DNA of 64,000 bases. It comes from Takakia lepidozioides. Taxonomy: Eukaryota; Plantae; Bryophyta. Location: contig CM060732.1 of NCBI GenBank assembly GCA_030704615.1, positions 27,218,001 through 27,282,000 of the forward strand, given 5' to 3'. Both the position numbers and the translations under genes were made by a program. The notes below the pieces were generated by a model that searched no databases, was not told where the DNA came from, and saw only the letters and a list, made by a program, of their open reading frames with translations. Positions 12,930 through 24,400 of this stretch are shown here, one piece after another (positions within the stretch are counted from its first letter, which is position 1; each line of letters starts with the position of its first letter).

Positions 12930-14265
12930 AGAGCACCTTCTACTGAACCTATTTCAGCCTATTTTACCCTCTTATCAGACTCGTCCATGATTATTCATGT
13001 TCAATTCTGCGAGTAAGCTTGTTGGGTGGAGCTATGGTGGTCTGGAGTGATTTTGACATATGTGGCAACGGGAAAGTGTCCAAAATCAGATGACAGGGAC
13101 GAGAAGCCTTGGAATGAATGTTTTTCCGACCCCAGTCAATGGTGGGACAATCGAGGCAAAAAGGTGAATGCCTGTTAGATTCCAGAGAGAAGCAAACAGC
13201 ACGATGCAATGCAAAGCTTGGTTGGAAATTGTCATCCTCTCTCTCCCCAGCTTTTTAAACTCTTGGGAGCAATTCAGCATAGGAACTGGTGTGTGATAAG
13301 TAGGGTTTGGGTGTTCGCTACAAATCTAGGCTGTCATTGTCAGCTGCGAGCAGCAAGGCACGGATCTATACAGGACTGGTCCAGAGGCAGAGATAGCTGA
13401 AGGAGCAGGGAAAGAGTGTGGGTCCAGATACACCCAAGAGGGCCAGATTTCAAGCACTAGATTACCTACGATTCCCTTTGGCTCTATACCCACAAGAAAC
13501 CTGCATGGGTGGACAGTCAACAGGCAGCAGCGGTGGCGGCGGCACAATTGATAAAATCAGACACTGCTCATGAGCTTCTTCAATACATTTCAGCATGTTT
13601 TTCTCTATTAGCAGAGTCTCCCCTAATTTTTCATGTTGAATTCTGCAATTTAGCTGTGATTTTTGACATCTTACTGCCCATGTGGCAACAGGGAAATATC
13701 CAAAAACAAATAGCAGAGACAAGGAGAAGCTTTGGAATGAATATTTTTCCGACCCCAGTCAATGGTGGGACAATCAAGGCAACAAGGTGAATGCCTCTAA
13801 GATAAGAATGTACTGATAAGGCATTGTTTGCCGTAGCCTTGTGGCCATTGACCCCGCGCCCAGTTTGAGCAGAACACAAAGGGACAGAAACTACCTTTGT
13901 CAGGCTGACGCCTGTAGTAAGAATTACCTTGGAACAGACAATTGATAAGAGAGACAAGCAGATGCAATTCAGAATAGGAACTAATGTGTTAAGTAGGGTT
14001 GGGTTGTTTGCTAGACAAAACTAGGCTGTCATTGTCAGTTGCTAGCAGCAAGGCGAGGATGTGGACGTGATTTGTGCAGAGGCAGGGATAGCTGAAGGAG
14101 CAGGGATAGAGTGTGGGTCCAGATTCATCCAAGAGGGCTGGATTTCAAGTGCAAGCTCACCTATGATTCCCTGTGGATCGATAACTTCAAGAAACCTGCA
14201 TGGGTAGATGGTCAACTGGAAGCAGCAGCAGCGGCAGCGGGACAGTTTATAGAATCAGGCACCTC
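12930..14265 (+). repeat. Tandem duplication (~630 bp, A-B-A'-B') of the PPR 5' module
   Basis: GAATnTTTTTCCGACCCCAGTCAATGGTGGGACAATC at ~13115 and ~13738. GATAGCTGAAGGAGCAGGG.AGAGTGTGGGTCCAGAT at ~13392 and ~14087. Confidence 0.9.
13808..13943 (-). mobile_element. 5'-truncated LINE 3' end (136 bp) with 7-bp TSD
   Basis: Reverse complement of the 24790-24930 LINE end. GATAAGA at 13801-13807 and 13944-13950. Absent from the duplicate module at ~13170. Confidence 0.9.
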
Positions 14266-17200
14266 AACCATGACCACAGCTTCTGAAAGAGGACCAAGAG
14301 AGGGAGTCCACAATACCTCTTCTGGCACTTCTGGGCATGTGAGGGTGCTATGTGAGGCAGGGCGACTGAAAGTGGCTCTACAGACTTTAAACCAAGTAGG
14401 CATTTCAGCAGATTCAGATACTTATGTCCGTCTCTTGCACAAGTGCATCAAGATGAGAGGCCTGGAAGCTGGAAAGCAGGTGCACGCTCACATTATCCAA
14501 AGTGGATTCAAGCCAAACATTTTTCTACACAACACCCTTGTCAACATGTATGTTAAGTGTGGGAGCATCGTGGATGCTCACCAAGTGTTCAACAGAATGC
14601 CACAACGATGTTTGATCACGTGGAATATAATGATGTCAGGATTTACCAAGCACGGGTGTGGTAGGAATGCTTTGGAGACATATGAGCAAATGATGCGGGA
14701 AGGGGTGAAGCCCGATCACATCACATTTGTTTGTGTTTGCAATGCATGTGCGAGCCTGGCAGCCCTGGAGAAGGGTAAAGAGGTCCATGGTGACATCGTC
14801 AAAGCTGGAATTGTACCAGATGTCATTCTGAACAGTACCCTCGTGGACATGTATGCCAAATGTGGGTGCATTGAGGCTGCAAAGGAAGTGTTCAACAATA
14901 TGGCTGAACGGAATGTGGTGTCGTGGAGCGCGATGATCGCAGGATACGCACAGCAGGGGCGCGGGATGGAGGCTTTGGAGACGTATGAGCAAATGATGTG
15001 GGAAGGGGTGAAACCCAACCACATCACATTTGTTTGTCTTTGCAATGCGTGTGCAAGCCTGGCAGTCCTGGAAAAGGGCAAAAAGGTCCATGGTGACATC
15101 GTCAAAGGTGGAATTGTACCAGATGTTAATCTGAACACTGCCCTGATCAACATGTATGCCAAATGTGGGAGCATTGAGGATGCAAAGGAGGTGTTCAACA
15201 ATATGGCTCAACGAGATGTGGTGTCGTGGAGCGTGATGATCACAGGATATGCACAGCAGGGGCGCGGAATGGAGGCTTTGGAGACCTATGAGCAAATGAT
15301 ATGGGAAGGGGTGAAGCCCGACCACATCACGTTTGTTTGCGTTTGCAATGCGTGTGCAAGCCTGGCAACCCTGGAAAAGGGCAAAAAGGTCCATGGTGAC
15401 ATTGTCAAAGCTGGCATTGTCCCAGATGTTGTTCTGAACACTGCTATGGTGAACATGTACGCCAAATGTGGGAGCATTGAGGATGCAAAGGAGGTGTTCA
15501 ACAATATGGCTCAACGAGATGTGGTGTCGTGGAACGCGATGATTGCAGGATATGCACAGCAGGGACATGGGATGGAGGCTTTGGAGACGTATGAGCAAAT
15601 GATGAGGGAAGGGGTGAAGCCTGACCTCATCACATTTGTTTGCGTATGCAATGCATGTGCAATCCTGGCAGCCCTGGAAAAGGGCAAAGAGGTCCATGGT
15701 GACATTGTCAAAGCTAGAATTGTACCAGATGTTGTTCTGAACACTGCTCTGATGAACATGTATGCCAAATGTGGGAGCATGGAGGATGCCAAGGAAGTGT
15801 TCAACAATATGGGTCAACAAGATGTGGTGTCGTGGAGCGCGATGATCGCAGGATATGCACATCAAGGGCGCGGGATGGAGGCGTTGGAGACGTATGAGCA
15901 AATGATGAAGGAAGGGGTGAAGCCCGACCACATCACATTTGTTTGTGTATGCAATGCGTGTGCGAGCCTAGCAGCCCTGGGAAAGGGCAAAAATGTCCAC
16001 AGTGACATTGTCAAAGCTGGAATTGTACCAGATGTTGTTCTGAACACTGCTCTGGTGAACATGTATGCCAAATGTGGGAGCATTGAGGATGCAAAGGTAG
16101 TGTTCGACAATATGGCCCAACAAGATGTGGTGTCGTGGAACACGTTGATTGCAGGATATTCACAGCAGGGGCGTGGGATGGAGGCTTTGGAGACGTATGA
16201 GCAAATGATGCGGGAAGGGGTGAAGCCCGACCACATCACGTTTGTTTGCGTATGCAATGCGTGTGCGAGCCTTGCAGCCCTGGAAAAGGGCAAAGAGGTC
16301 CATGATGACATCGTCAAAGTTGGAATTGTGCCAGATGTCATTCTCAACAATACCCTCGTGGACATGTATGCCAAATGTGGGAGCATCGAGGATGCAAAGG
16401 GAGTGTTCGATAATATGGCCGCACGAGATGTGGTGTCCTGGAATGCGATGCTCGCAGGATATACCCAGCATGGTTGTCATAGGGAGGCCTTGCAACTATT
16501 TGAAGAAATGCAGAAGGAAGGCTTGAGGCCGGACAGTATCGCCTTTATATGTGTTCTCTCTGCATGTAGCCATGCTGGCCTATTGGATGAAGGAAGACGC
16601 TACTTTCATTGCCTGAGTCGAGATGATGCCGTCACTCCGACAGTGAAGCACTTTGGCTGCATGGTGGACCTTCTTGGACGTGCGGGGCAATTGGATGAGG
16701 CAGAGAACCTCATTAATAAAATGCCAATCAAACCAGATGTTGTTGTGTGGAAGGCCTTGCTTGGTGCCTGCAGAATCCATGGCAATGTGGAGGTGGCTGA
16801 ACGTGCAGCAACATCTCTTCTTAAGTGGGATGAATGGGATGCTGCGACTTACGTGTTGCTATCAAACATCTATGCAGCAGCTGGCAAGTGGGACAATAGT
16901 GCAAAGGTGAGAAAAATGATGAAGGTCAGAGGGGTTAGAAAGGAGCCAGGTCGCTGCTGCATTGAGGTTGCCAACAGGGTGCACACCTTTGTTGTAGATG
17001 ACAAATTGCATCCCAAAATTGTGGAAATCCATGCTGAGCTGAGAAGATTGTCTGGGCAGATGAAGGAGGCAGGGTATGTGCCTGACACACGCTTTGCATT
17101 GCATGATGTGGGGGAGGAGCAAAAGGAATTTTCTCTGTGCCACCACAGTGAGAAGCTGGCCATTGGTTTTGGGCTGATCAGCACGGCCCCTAGGACACCT

Positions 17201-17353
17201 CTCCGACTCATCAAGAATCTTCGGGTGTGTGGTGACTGCCACACCTCCACCAAGTTCATCTCAAAGATTGTTGGCCGAGCGATTATTGTACGGGACGCTA
17301 ACCGCTTTCACCACTTTGAAGATGGGGTTTGTTCTTGTGGGGATTACTGGTGA
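14111..17353 (+). CDS. PLS-class pentatricopeptide repeat protein with E1-E2-DYW deaminase domain (organellar C-to-U editing factor); first in-frame ATG at 14270
   Basis: 23 L/S/P repeats ending in P2-L2-S2, then E1, E2, PG box (EPGRCCIE), HSEKLA, CGDCH and terminal DYW. Intronless. Position 14111 is GTG, with an in-frame TGA at 14093. Confidence 0.97.
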   Translation: MWVQIHPRGLDFKCKLTYDSLWIDNFKKPAWVDGQLEAAAAAAGQFIESGTSTMTTASERGPREGVHNTSSGTSGHVRVLCEAGRLKVALQTLNQVGISADSDTYVRLLHKCIKMRGLEAGKQVHAHIIQSGFKPNIFLHNTLVNMYVKCGSIVDAHQVFNRMPQRCLITWNIMMSGFTKHGCGRNALETYEQMMREGVKPDHITFVCVCNACASLAALEKGKEVHGDIVKAGIVPDVILNSTLVDMYAKCGCIEAAKEVFNNMAERNVVSWSAMIAGYAQQGRGMEALETYEQMMWEGVKPNHITFVCLCNACASLAVLEKGKKVHGDIVKGGIVPDVNLNTALINMYAKCGSIEDAKEVFNNMAQRDVVSWSVMITGYAQQGRGMEALETYEQMIWEGVKPDHITFVCVCNACASLATLEKGKKVHGDIVKAGIVPDVVLNTAMVNMYAKCGSIEDAKEVFNNMAQRDVVSWNAMIAGYAQQGHGMEALETYEQMMREGVKPDLITFVCVCNACAILAALEKGKEVHGDIVKARIVPDVVLNTALMNMYAKCGSMEDAKEVFNNMGQQDVVSWSAMIAGYAHQGRGMEALETYEQMMKEGVKPDHITFVCVCNACASLAALGKGKNVHSDIVKAGIVPDVVLNTALVNMYAKCGSIEDAKVVFDNMAQQDVVSWNTLIAGYSQQGRGMEALETYEQMMREGVKPDHITFVCVCNACASLAALEKGKEVHDDIVKVGIVPDVILNNTLVDMYAKCGSIEDAKGVFDNMAARDVVSWNAMLAGYTQHGCHREALQLFEEMQKEGLRPDSIAFICVLSACSHAGLLDEGRRYFHCLSRDDAVTPTVKHFGCMVDLLGRAGQLDEAENLINKMPIKPDVVVWKALLGACRIHGNVEVAERAATSLLKWDEWDAATYVLLSNIYAAAGKWDNSAKVRKMMKVRGVRKEPGRCCIEVANRVHTFVVDDKLHPKIVEIHAELRRLSGQMKEAGYVPDTRFALHDVGEEQKEFSLCHHSEKLAIGFGLISTAPRTPLRLIKNLRVCGDCHTSTKFISKIVGRAIIVRDANRFHHFEDGVCSCGDYW
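14660..16470 (+). repeat. Six near-identical 303-bp (101 aa P-L-S) tandem units inside the PPR CDS
   Basis: AGGGGTGAA at 14701, 15004, 15307, 15610, 15913 and 16216. Confidence 0.95.
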
Positions 17354-18427
17354 AACTACCTTCTCTGGAAAGGTGCGTCTTACTTCATTCGGTGATCTCT
17401 GTAGCTACTCAGTTCATCCACCATTTCCTGCGAATATTGACCATGGTGTACTGTTGAGGGCATATTCACAGGAAAATGATGGTCGGGTCCACCCAGCATA
17501 GGCTGGAAGTCAGCCCATAATTGCACTTAACTGGAGCAGGTAATAAGTAAAGGGGGGGATTTAACTGACTCTGGTGACAGTGGAAGAGAACATTATATGC
17601 CACAGAATAGAAAACGACCATATGGCAAGAAAGTGTTCATTGTGTCTCGTGTCTCTTTAGTGGGGATAGGAAAGATGTCGCAAGAAGACTGATAGCAGCA
17701 TTAAAATATGGCAACTTCATAGTCTATCAGTCTATTAGACCAGATTGACCAGATCTCAAGCACCCATTTTTCTCTTCGTATTTTAGAGCCACCTCCCCTA
17801 CCATAATCATAATGGTGATGGTAGTAGGTAGATGGATCAATGGATTGTGCTTCAACCTAACTTACATGGATTGTTCTTCAACATCTGCAGCTTTGATTTG
17901 TCATTGAATGAGGTCACAGGAAGGTGTTGGTGATATGAACTGATCCACGCTGCCAGATTTCTGAGCTTTGATTCAAGTTATTGTTTAAGTTATGTTGTAA
18001 CTTATCTTAGATTTTGAAATAACAAGTTTCCACAATAGATATTTTACTCAGCACACTCCGCATTTAAATACAAGAAGCACATGTCCAACTCAACTTCTTT
18101 CACGCAATCAGTCCAGCCAGAAATAGGGACAAAGTACACTTCTGGCAATTGGAAAGTGGGAAGACCTCGCATTTGCATGGCAAGAGGAAACTTTACTTGT
18201 GCTTGACATAGCAAATATGTTGCTCCTAATCCTGAATATGATACACTCATTAGGCTTTTGACATTTATCAGCTTGGCCTGAAGTCTATTCCGCACTCTAG
18301 ACAACCCATACAAAGTTCCCCTCAACGATAGAGATACTTAGAATGAATGCAACTGCTCATCTTATTCACTAGTCGAAAGACTGTCTCTACGGACATTGGC
18401 ATGCACAAAATTTCTTGCCAGAAGACT

Positions 18428-21400
18428 TCACATGTCGAGCAGATCAGACCCGAACCCCCGTCGCATTGTAATCCACTTGGTGGATTCGGCAGGAAGTGAG
18501 GTCTTCAAAGGAAGTTTTAGGTTAGATTCATCCTCAGATATGACCTTCTGTGGTTGCGTAGGGAGCTCTACCTTCGAGCTTGGATACTTTTGTCGCTTTC
18601 TCACTTTCAAGCCTAAAATACGGGCCACTTCTTGGAGTCCTCCCCACTTTTCTAACGAGCGTGCAAGGCCATACCGGCCTGCGCCCCCCACCATCTCCCA
18701 GTCAGCCATCAAGACAAAAAATGAGATCACTGCCATTAACAAATGATGGACATTGTACCAAATGCTCGCTGGTCTATTCATCACAAATGGATTTAAGAGA
18801 TAAATAGAGAGCTTACCAGCCCTTTCTAGCGACTTCCTAGTTGGCATGTATGTTTTGTCTTTGCCGTATTCTTTCTGAAACATCAGAATCTGCATTTACC
18901 CCGAGAGCCACACTATCTTCTGTGTCAGATAGTCTCCTTATCCTCTGGACAAGGCTACCAACTCTCTTTCTCTCTCTCTCTCTCTCCCTCTCCTTTGAAC
19001 AGTAAACAGATGCAGGGATGAAGAGATGGTAATTGCCCGATGCGCGGGCAACCTGAACACAATATCCAAAATCCGGGATATTCTCGCCAGAGGGTGACCC
19101 TCAGGAACATCAAGAACATGGTTACTGCACCTATGTTCACCAACTTTGAAAATCTTGAGGCTGAGTCTAAAGCCCTAGCCTGGTGGCGGTCTAACTTTTG
19201 GGCTACTCACACACATCTTCAGGAACATCAAGAACATGGTTCCTGCACCTATCTTCACCAACTTTTAATACCTGGAGGCTGAGCCTGAAGCCCTGGCCCT
19301 GTTGGAGTCTAATAGCTGGGCAACTCACGCACACAGCAGGTTGACCCCTGTGTGAAGAGGATATCTGGAAAGCCTGAATTAATTTTCTATACCAAAGGTA
19401 AGTCCCACTACCGGAGTGAGCCCCTCACGAAGGTAGTGTCTGTTCCCTTTGTTCCACCCAAACTGGGCGCAGGGTCTATGGCCAGAAGGCTACGGCCTTA
19501 TGAGCACATTCTATCACACACACACAGTGTAAACCCATGCAATCCATCTTGTTGGTTGATATTCTTTTGCAAGAAAAGAGAGAATTAGTATCTGATAGGG
19601 AAACCCATCAGACATACAGACCTCCTTGTGGATGTTTTGCAAGTCGTCCCAGTAGCCACGAGGCTTGCGCTCCTTATAAGCCAATTGCAGATTCAAGCGA
19701 GCAGCTATGGGCCCAAATCCACCCATGCGCGCAATAGCCTTTTCCAAATCCACCCGTCCACCATCCCGTAACTCACACCTCATTGGCATAACCCCCTGTT
19801 TTCCCTGCTCACATAATAGCACCCCGCGGAAGTTGGTCTAACATGGAGACTGCAGTTTTGGTTCTACTATCTTCATCTTGTCAACATGGGATTTTGATGT
19901 CCAGCTCTGAGAAGCATGCCACTAGCAGCCAACCAGGGAAACACGAATGGACCACATAAGAGGGCACTGATGAGGCAAAATAGGGAGAAATTACAACTGT
20001 GCATACTACCTCCTCGGCAATGAAGTTTAAGAGCTCCCTTTCCAACACGTTGAAGTCTCGCTGGAGGCCTGCCACCAGCGGTCTCCTACGACCTCGTGGG
20101 GGCTCATGCCCCAGGTTTTGCACTGTTCCACTGGCAGCTTTCACAGGATTTGAAATGAGGACTTGGCATTCCTTGGCCAGAGGAGTGCTTCCATCATTGC
20201 CACTTTCTCTCTCCGTTTTGTTAGTAGGGGGATCCGGCCAATGGAGACCTTCTAGGGTCTCTTGCTCTCGGAGCTCGACACGGTCTCGAATGGCGCATAA
20301 GTTTGCAGGAAGATCCTCATAAATAACCTGTAATGATGTAGGCCGTTAAACAAAAGAGAGGGGCCGAGAGAGAGAGTGGGCTGAATGGGCCTACGAAGAC
20401 CATAGGAAAACAACACGAGACAGAGAGGGACAGAAAGAAAGGAAGAAATAGACTTTAACGTCTGGCAAAAGCTCAAAGAGCTGAAAGACGCAGGATATAA
20501 CAAAGAAAGTGGGACCCTCCACGAACAGCCCACAAACAACGAGATGGACCGCCTCATGCAGATATGGCTGCCAAGCATTTCTGTTCCTTATAATGAAAGA
20601 CCTCAACAAGGGATTGGCTGTCCCAGAATAGGCAAGAGTATCGTGCCCGGATCTCATAGTAGACAGCAGTGAAACAAGAAATGTTGCTCAGGTTAAATCT
20701 CCCTTCTGTCACCTCTAGTGCACACTGGGCACCAGCTCCAGGTTTTCGCATCCACTAGTCTGTGTCTGCAGATGCTATGAGCCCACCCAGAACCTTCACC
20801 ATGCCCTTAGAGGAGATGGAAATAGAGTTGCAGACAAGTAACTGAGCTGCAAGATTCTATCATTGTGGAGACCAAATATGTGAAAGAAGCTTGGAAGAAA
20901 TGTCCAGACCTGCTACAAGAATGGAACTCTATAACATCCACAGGAAAAAAAAAACATAATAATGTCAATGAATGCCTCAAAGGGTCCATTGGACAAAGTT
21001 CAAAGAAAACCCACATGAAGAAACATCAAATCACATTCGAACAGAAAGAAACTCTATATTTGGTCCAAAGAGGGGATTCAGAAAGAAACAAGAAAAGTAC
21101 ATCCACAGGAGGGTACTCAGGAGAACTACATGAAAGGAACCCTAAAATGTCAACAGAAAGACCCAAGAGGTTATGGGACAAGAACACAGAACAACCAAAC
21201 AAAAGAGCAGAAAACCAGGCCTAAAGCCCGTATACATACAGCGTGCCTCACAAAAGTTTATAACATCCATGGAAAGCCCAACAGCTGATGGAACAAGTAG
21301 ATTAACAACAAATACAGAAAAACCACACCTCCTCAACGATAGCCTCTGCAAGGAGGGAATCCTTGTGCATCTTGGTGTCCACCACATATTTGAGCAGTGT

Positions 21401-24400
21401 ATGCTGTGTGCCCAGAGGCTCTAGTGTCCATTTTCCTTGGAAGGAATCAAAGTCGCCCTCCACTTGCTGGAAGACAATCTCATACTGGGGCCTCTCCCAC
21501 AAATCCAAAACAACGCGTGCATGCAGTACCATGTACAGCAGGCACTTGCAGCCCTCCTGCTCAGCCACAGATATCACAGAAAGACCCTCGAACCTTGTTT
21601 GAAAGCCATTTTTCAAAACTTGCAGCACACAGCTCCTCTTGGGTTCAAAATCTCCAATACATCAGACTCTTTTTACAGTAGCGGTGGAGAGATAGACATA
21701 ACATACCTGAAGGAGGCGGACTTTGTTCTTCTCTCTGGACAGTACATGGCTAACTGCCAAGTTAGGGATAAACCTGCAATTGCACCCAGCATTTATCACC
21801 TCCCTTAAACTCTACGTTTTGGGTTCATAGCAGAAGCTGACCTCAGATGTTCTCTGTGCATATCCAAAGAAATCCCCTCACAGGGGATTGGTTGGTGACT
21901 GATGGACTGGACCGGCAAAGATGTAGTATCAGAAAGCATCTGGTTAAATCTGGCACTGATCCTCCCGTTTATTGCAAGGATGTGTGCTTCAGGACAATGA
22001 CAACCACTACCAGTCTGGCCATAGCAGAGAATGTACTCATGCCGTTCCCTGCCAACGTTGGCTTGCCATAGCTTTGCGGGCATCGACCCCGTGGGAAACT
22101 AACCCTCCGGAGACTTTTGTGGGTTTGCACGTTTGCACCCACCAGAATTTAGCTTATCCTCACAGCTCAGCTGCAGGTATAAAGTTATTTTCCAGCAACT
22201 GCCCTTAATGGCCTCACAGAGGCACTTGTCTGCATGGCAGACTTGACAGCTGAGCTGGAGTTAATTGATTTTACATTTATAGCCCTGCATTTAGTACAGA
22301 AATGACATGCATGGCGAAGGACATGCATGGCGAAGGCATCTCCCCACCACTCTGTGCAGGCAGGTGGCCATAGCAGTGAGAAAGAAAAAAAGAAATGCAA
22401 CGGTACTGCGGGAAGCTCAACGAGCTTACGGGACGAGGAGAAAGAAACAAGATAGAGAGAGGGGCCCCAAGCATCCCAAAAGCAACTATTGCTCAAGGTA
22501 TTGTCTAAGAGTCAACGCTTCATGCAGGTAAGCTGCCAAGCATTTCTGATCCTCCTGACAGAAGACCTCCATGAGATTGAATATCCCAGAATAGACAGTT
22601 GAATCTCCCACGGATTTCATTATAGAAGGGCAGTGAAAGAAGAAATGTTCCTGTTCTTCCTAGCACGAGCAGGGCATAGGCGGTCCTCACGTTGCAGATT
22701 TTCCCACCTACAGTATCCTTGGCAGAACTTCTAGGTCTAACAGTGAGGGGTCTTCTGCTGAATGGAGGGACACAGTTGGAAAAACTGTTCCTATGATTCA
22801 AAACAGCCCTGATGAACTGGAGTATATTTCAATGGCTTATAATGCTCCCATTAGTTCTTCTGAGATTGTGGAAGCAATTGAACATTTAAATGGATATAAA
22901 GCTGGTGGATCTGATGGTATTGTCAACGAGCTTATCAAGCACGGTGGCGATCCCATGATAGAGGCCCTAGTTCTCCTCTTTAACCTTATCTGGAAGACTG
23001 AAATGATCCCCTTTCACTGGCGACAGGGGGTCATTGTCAATCTATACAAGAAGGGTGACAGAGAAGAACCGGGGAACTACCGTGGCATCACGCTCCTCAA
23101 TGCTGTTGGCAAGACATTCTGCAGAGTTATAAGTACTCGTCTCGAGGTTGATCTGGAGTCTAGAGGTTGTTTCCACGAAGGCCAAGCTGGCTTTCGGCGA
23201 AACAGGGGCTGTGTGGATCATATCTTCACTCTAAGCCAGATTATCCAGGGAAGGAAAAAAGAAGGGAAACAACTTATGTTTTTTTCCTGGATGTCAAAAA
23301 GGCTTATGACACAGTGTGGAGAGATGGCCTATGGTTCCGCCTCTGGTCTTGTGGGATCAAGGGAAAGATGTGGAGAGTTGTCCACAACTTGTATGCTCAC
23401 ACCAAAAGCTGTGTCACTGTTAACAGACAGAAGTCCAACTTCTTTGACATAAACCAAGGTGTAGCTCAAGGATGTACTCTCTCCCCTCTGCTCTTCAATG
23501 TTTTCATCAATCAACTCCTCGAGGATGTGGAAAGTGAGGGATTTGGGTTAAGGGTGGGTGATACCACCATACCAGCCCTTATGTTTGCGGATGACTTCGC
23601 AGGCATAGGGGAGACTCCAACCAATCTCCAGGAGTTGATTGATTGCGCGAAGAGATACTTTGATCTTTGGGGGCTAGAGGCTAATGTCAGCAAATGTGCA
23701 GTGGTAGCTTTCAACGACAGAGGAGAGGGAGGAAGTGATCTTAAGTGGCAGTGGGGTAGCCAAGAGATCACGGTCCTCCCTTCCTACACTTACCTGGGCG
23801 TTGAGTTTTCCTCCAATTGTAATTGGGATGCACATATCCAGAAAGTTGTTCAAACTGGCAAGGGCAAAGCTCTGGGGCTCACTAAATTTTTCCACTGCAG
23901 AGGGGTCAACTCTGAGGTTAAGAAAACCATGCTTTGTCGCGTTATTAGACCTGCCTTGGAGTACGGATCTGCTATATGGGCTGATAACTCCAACCAGGCT
24001 AAGTCTCTAGAATCCATTCAAGTGGGGGTGCTTAAGGAGTGTATGTCAGCATGCTCCAAAACAGCCAATGTGGCTGTTCGGGGTGAGTTTGGCATTCCGT
24101 CCTTAAGCTCCCGACGAGATGAATTCAAGGTCAGATGGTGGGGTCAGCTGCAACATATGCCCAACACCAGATATCCTAAGTTAATCGACTCTATATCTTG
24201 GAACAGGACCGCCCTGTCAAACAGGCTAAGTCCTGGCAGAAGAGAGTAGAAGAGATTCTCAAGGACCTGGACCTGGATCCGCAAGTCTTGACCCTGCTGG
24301 ATAAATCTGACTTAGAGGCTGTTGTGTCCTCAGCCATGTCTGTTGCCATGAGATTGTCTGATGAAAATGAAGTCAGGCAGAAAACTTTCCTGAACTTGTT

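Noticed and set aside
14636-16495. Long antisense ORFs (431, 174 and 161 aa) over the PPR gene
   Set aside because: They are shadow frames of the 303-bp repeated coding sequence.
19960-20000. CTGATGA as a hammerhead ribozyme core (also at ~33194 and ~37751)
   Set aside because: No properly placed GAAA or flanking stems.
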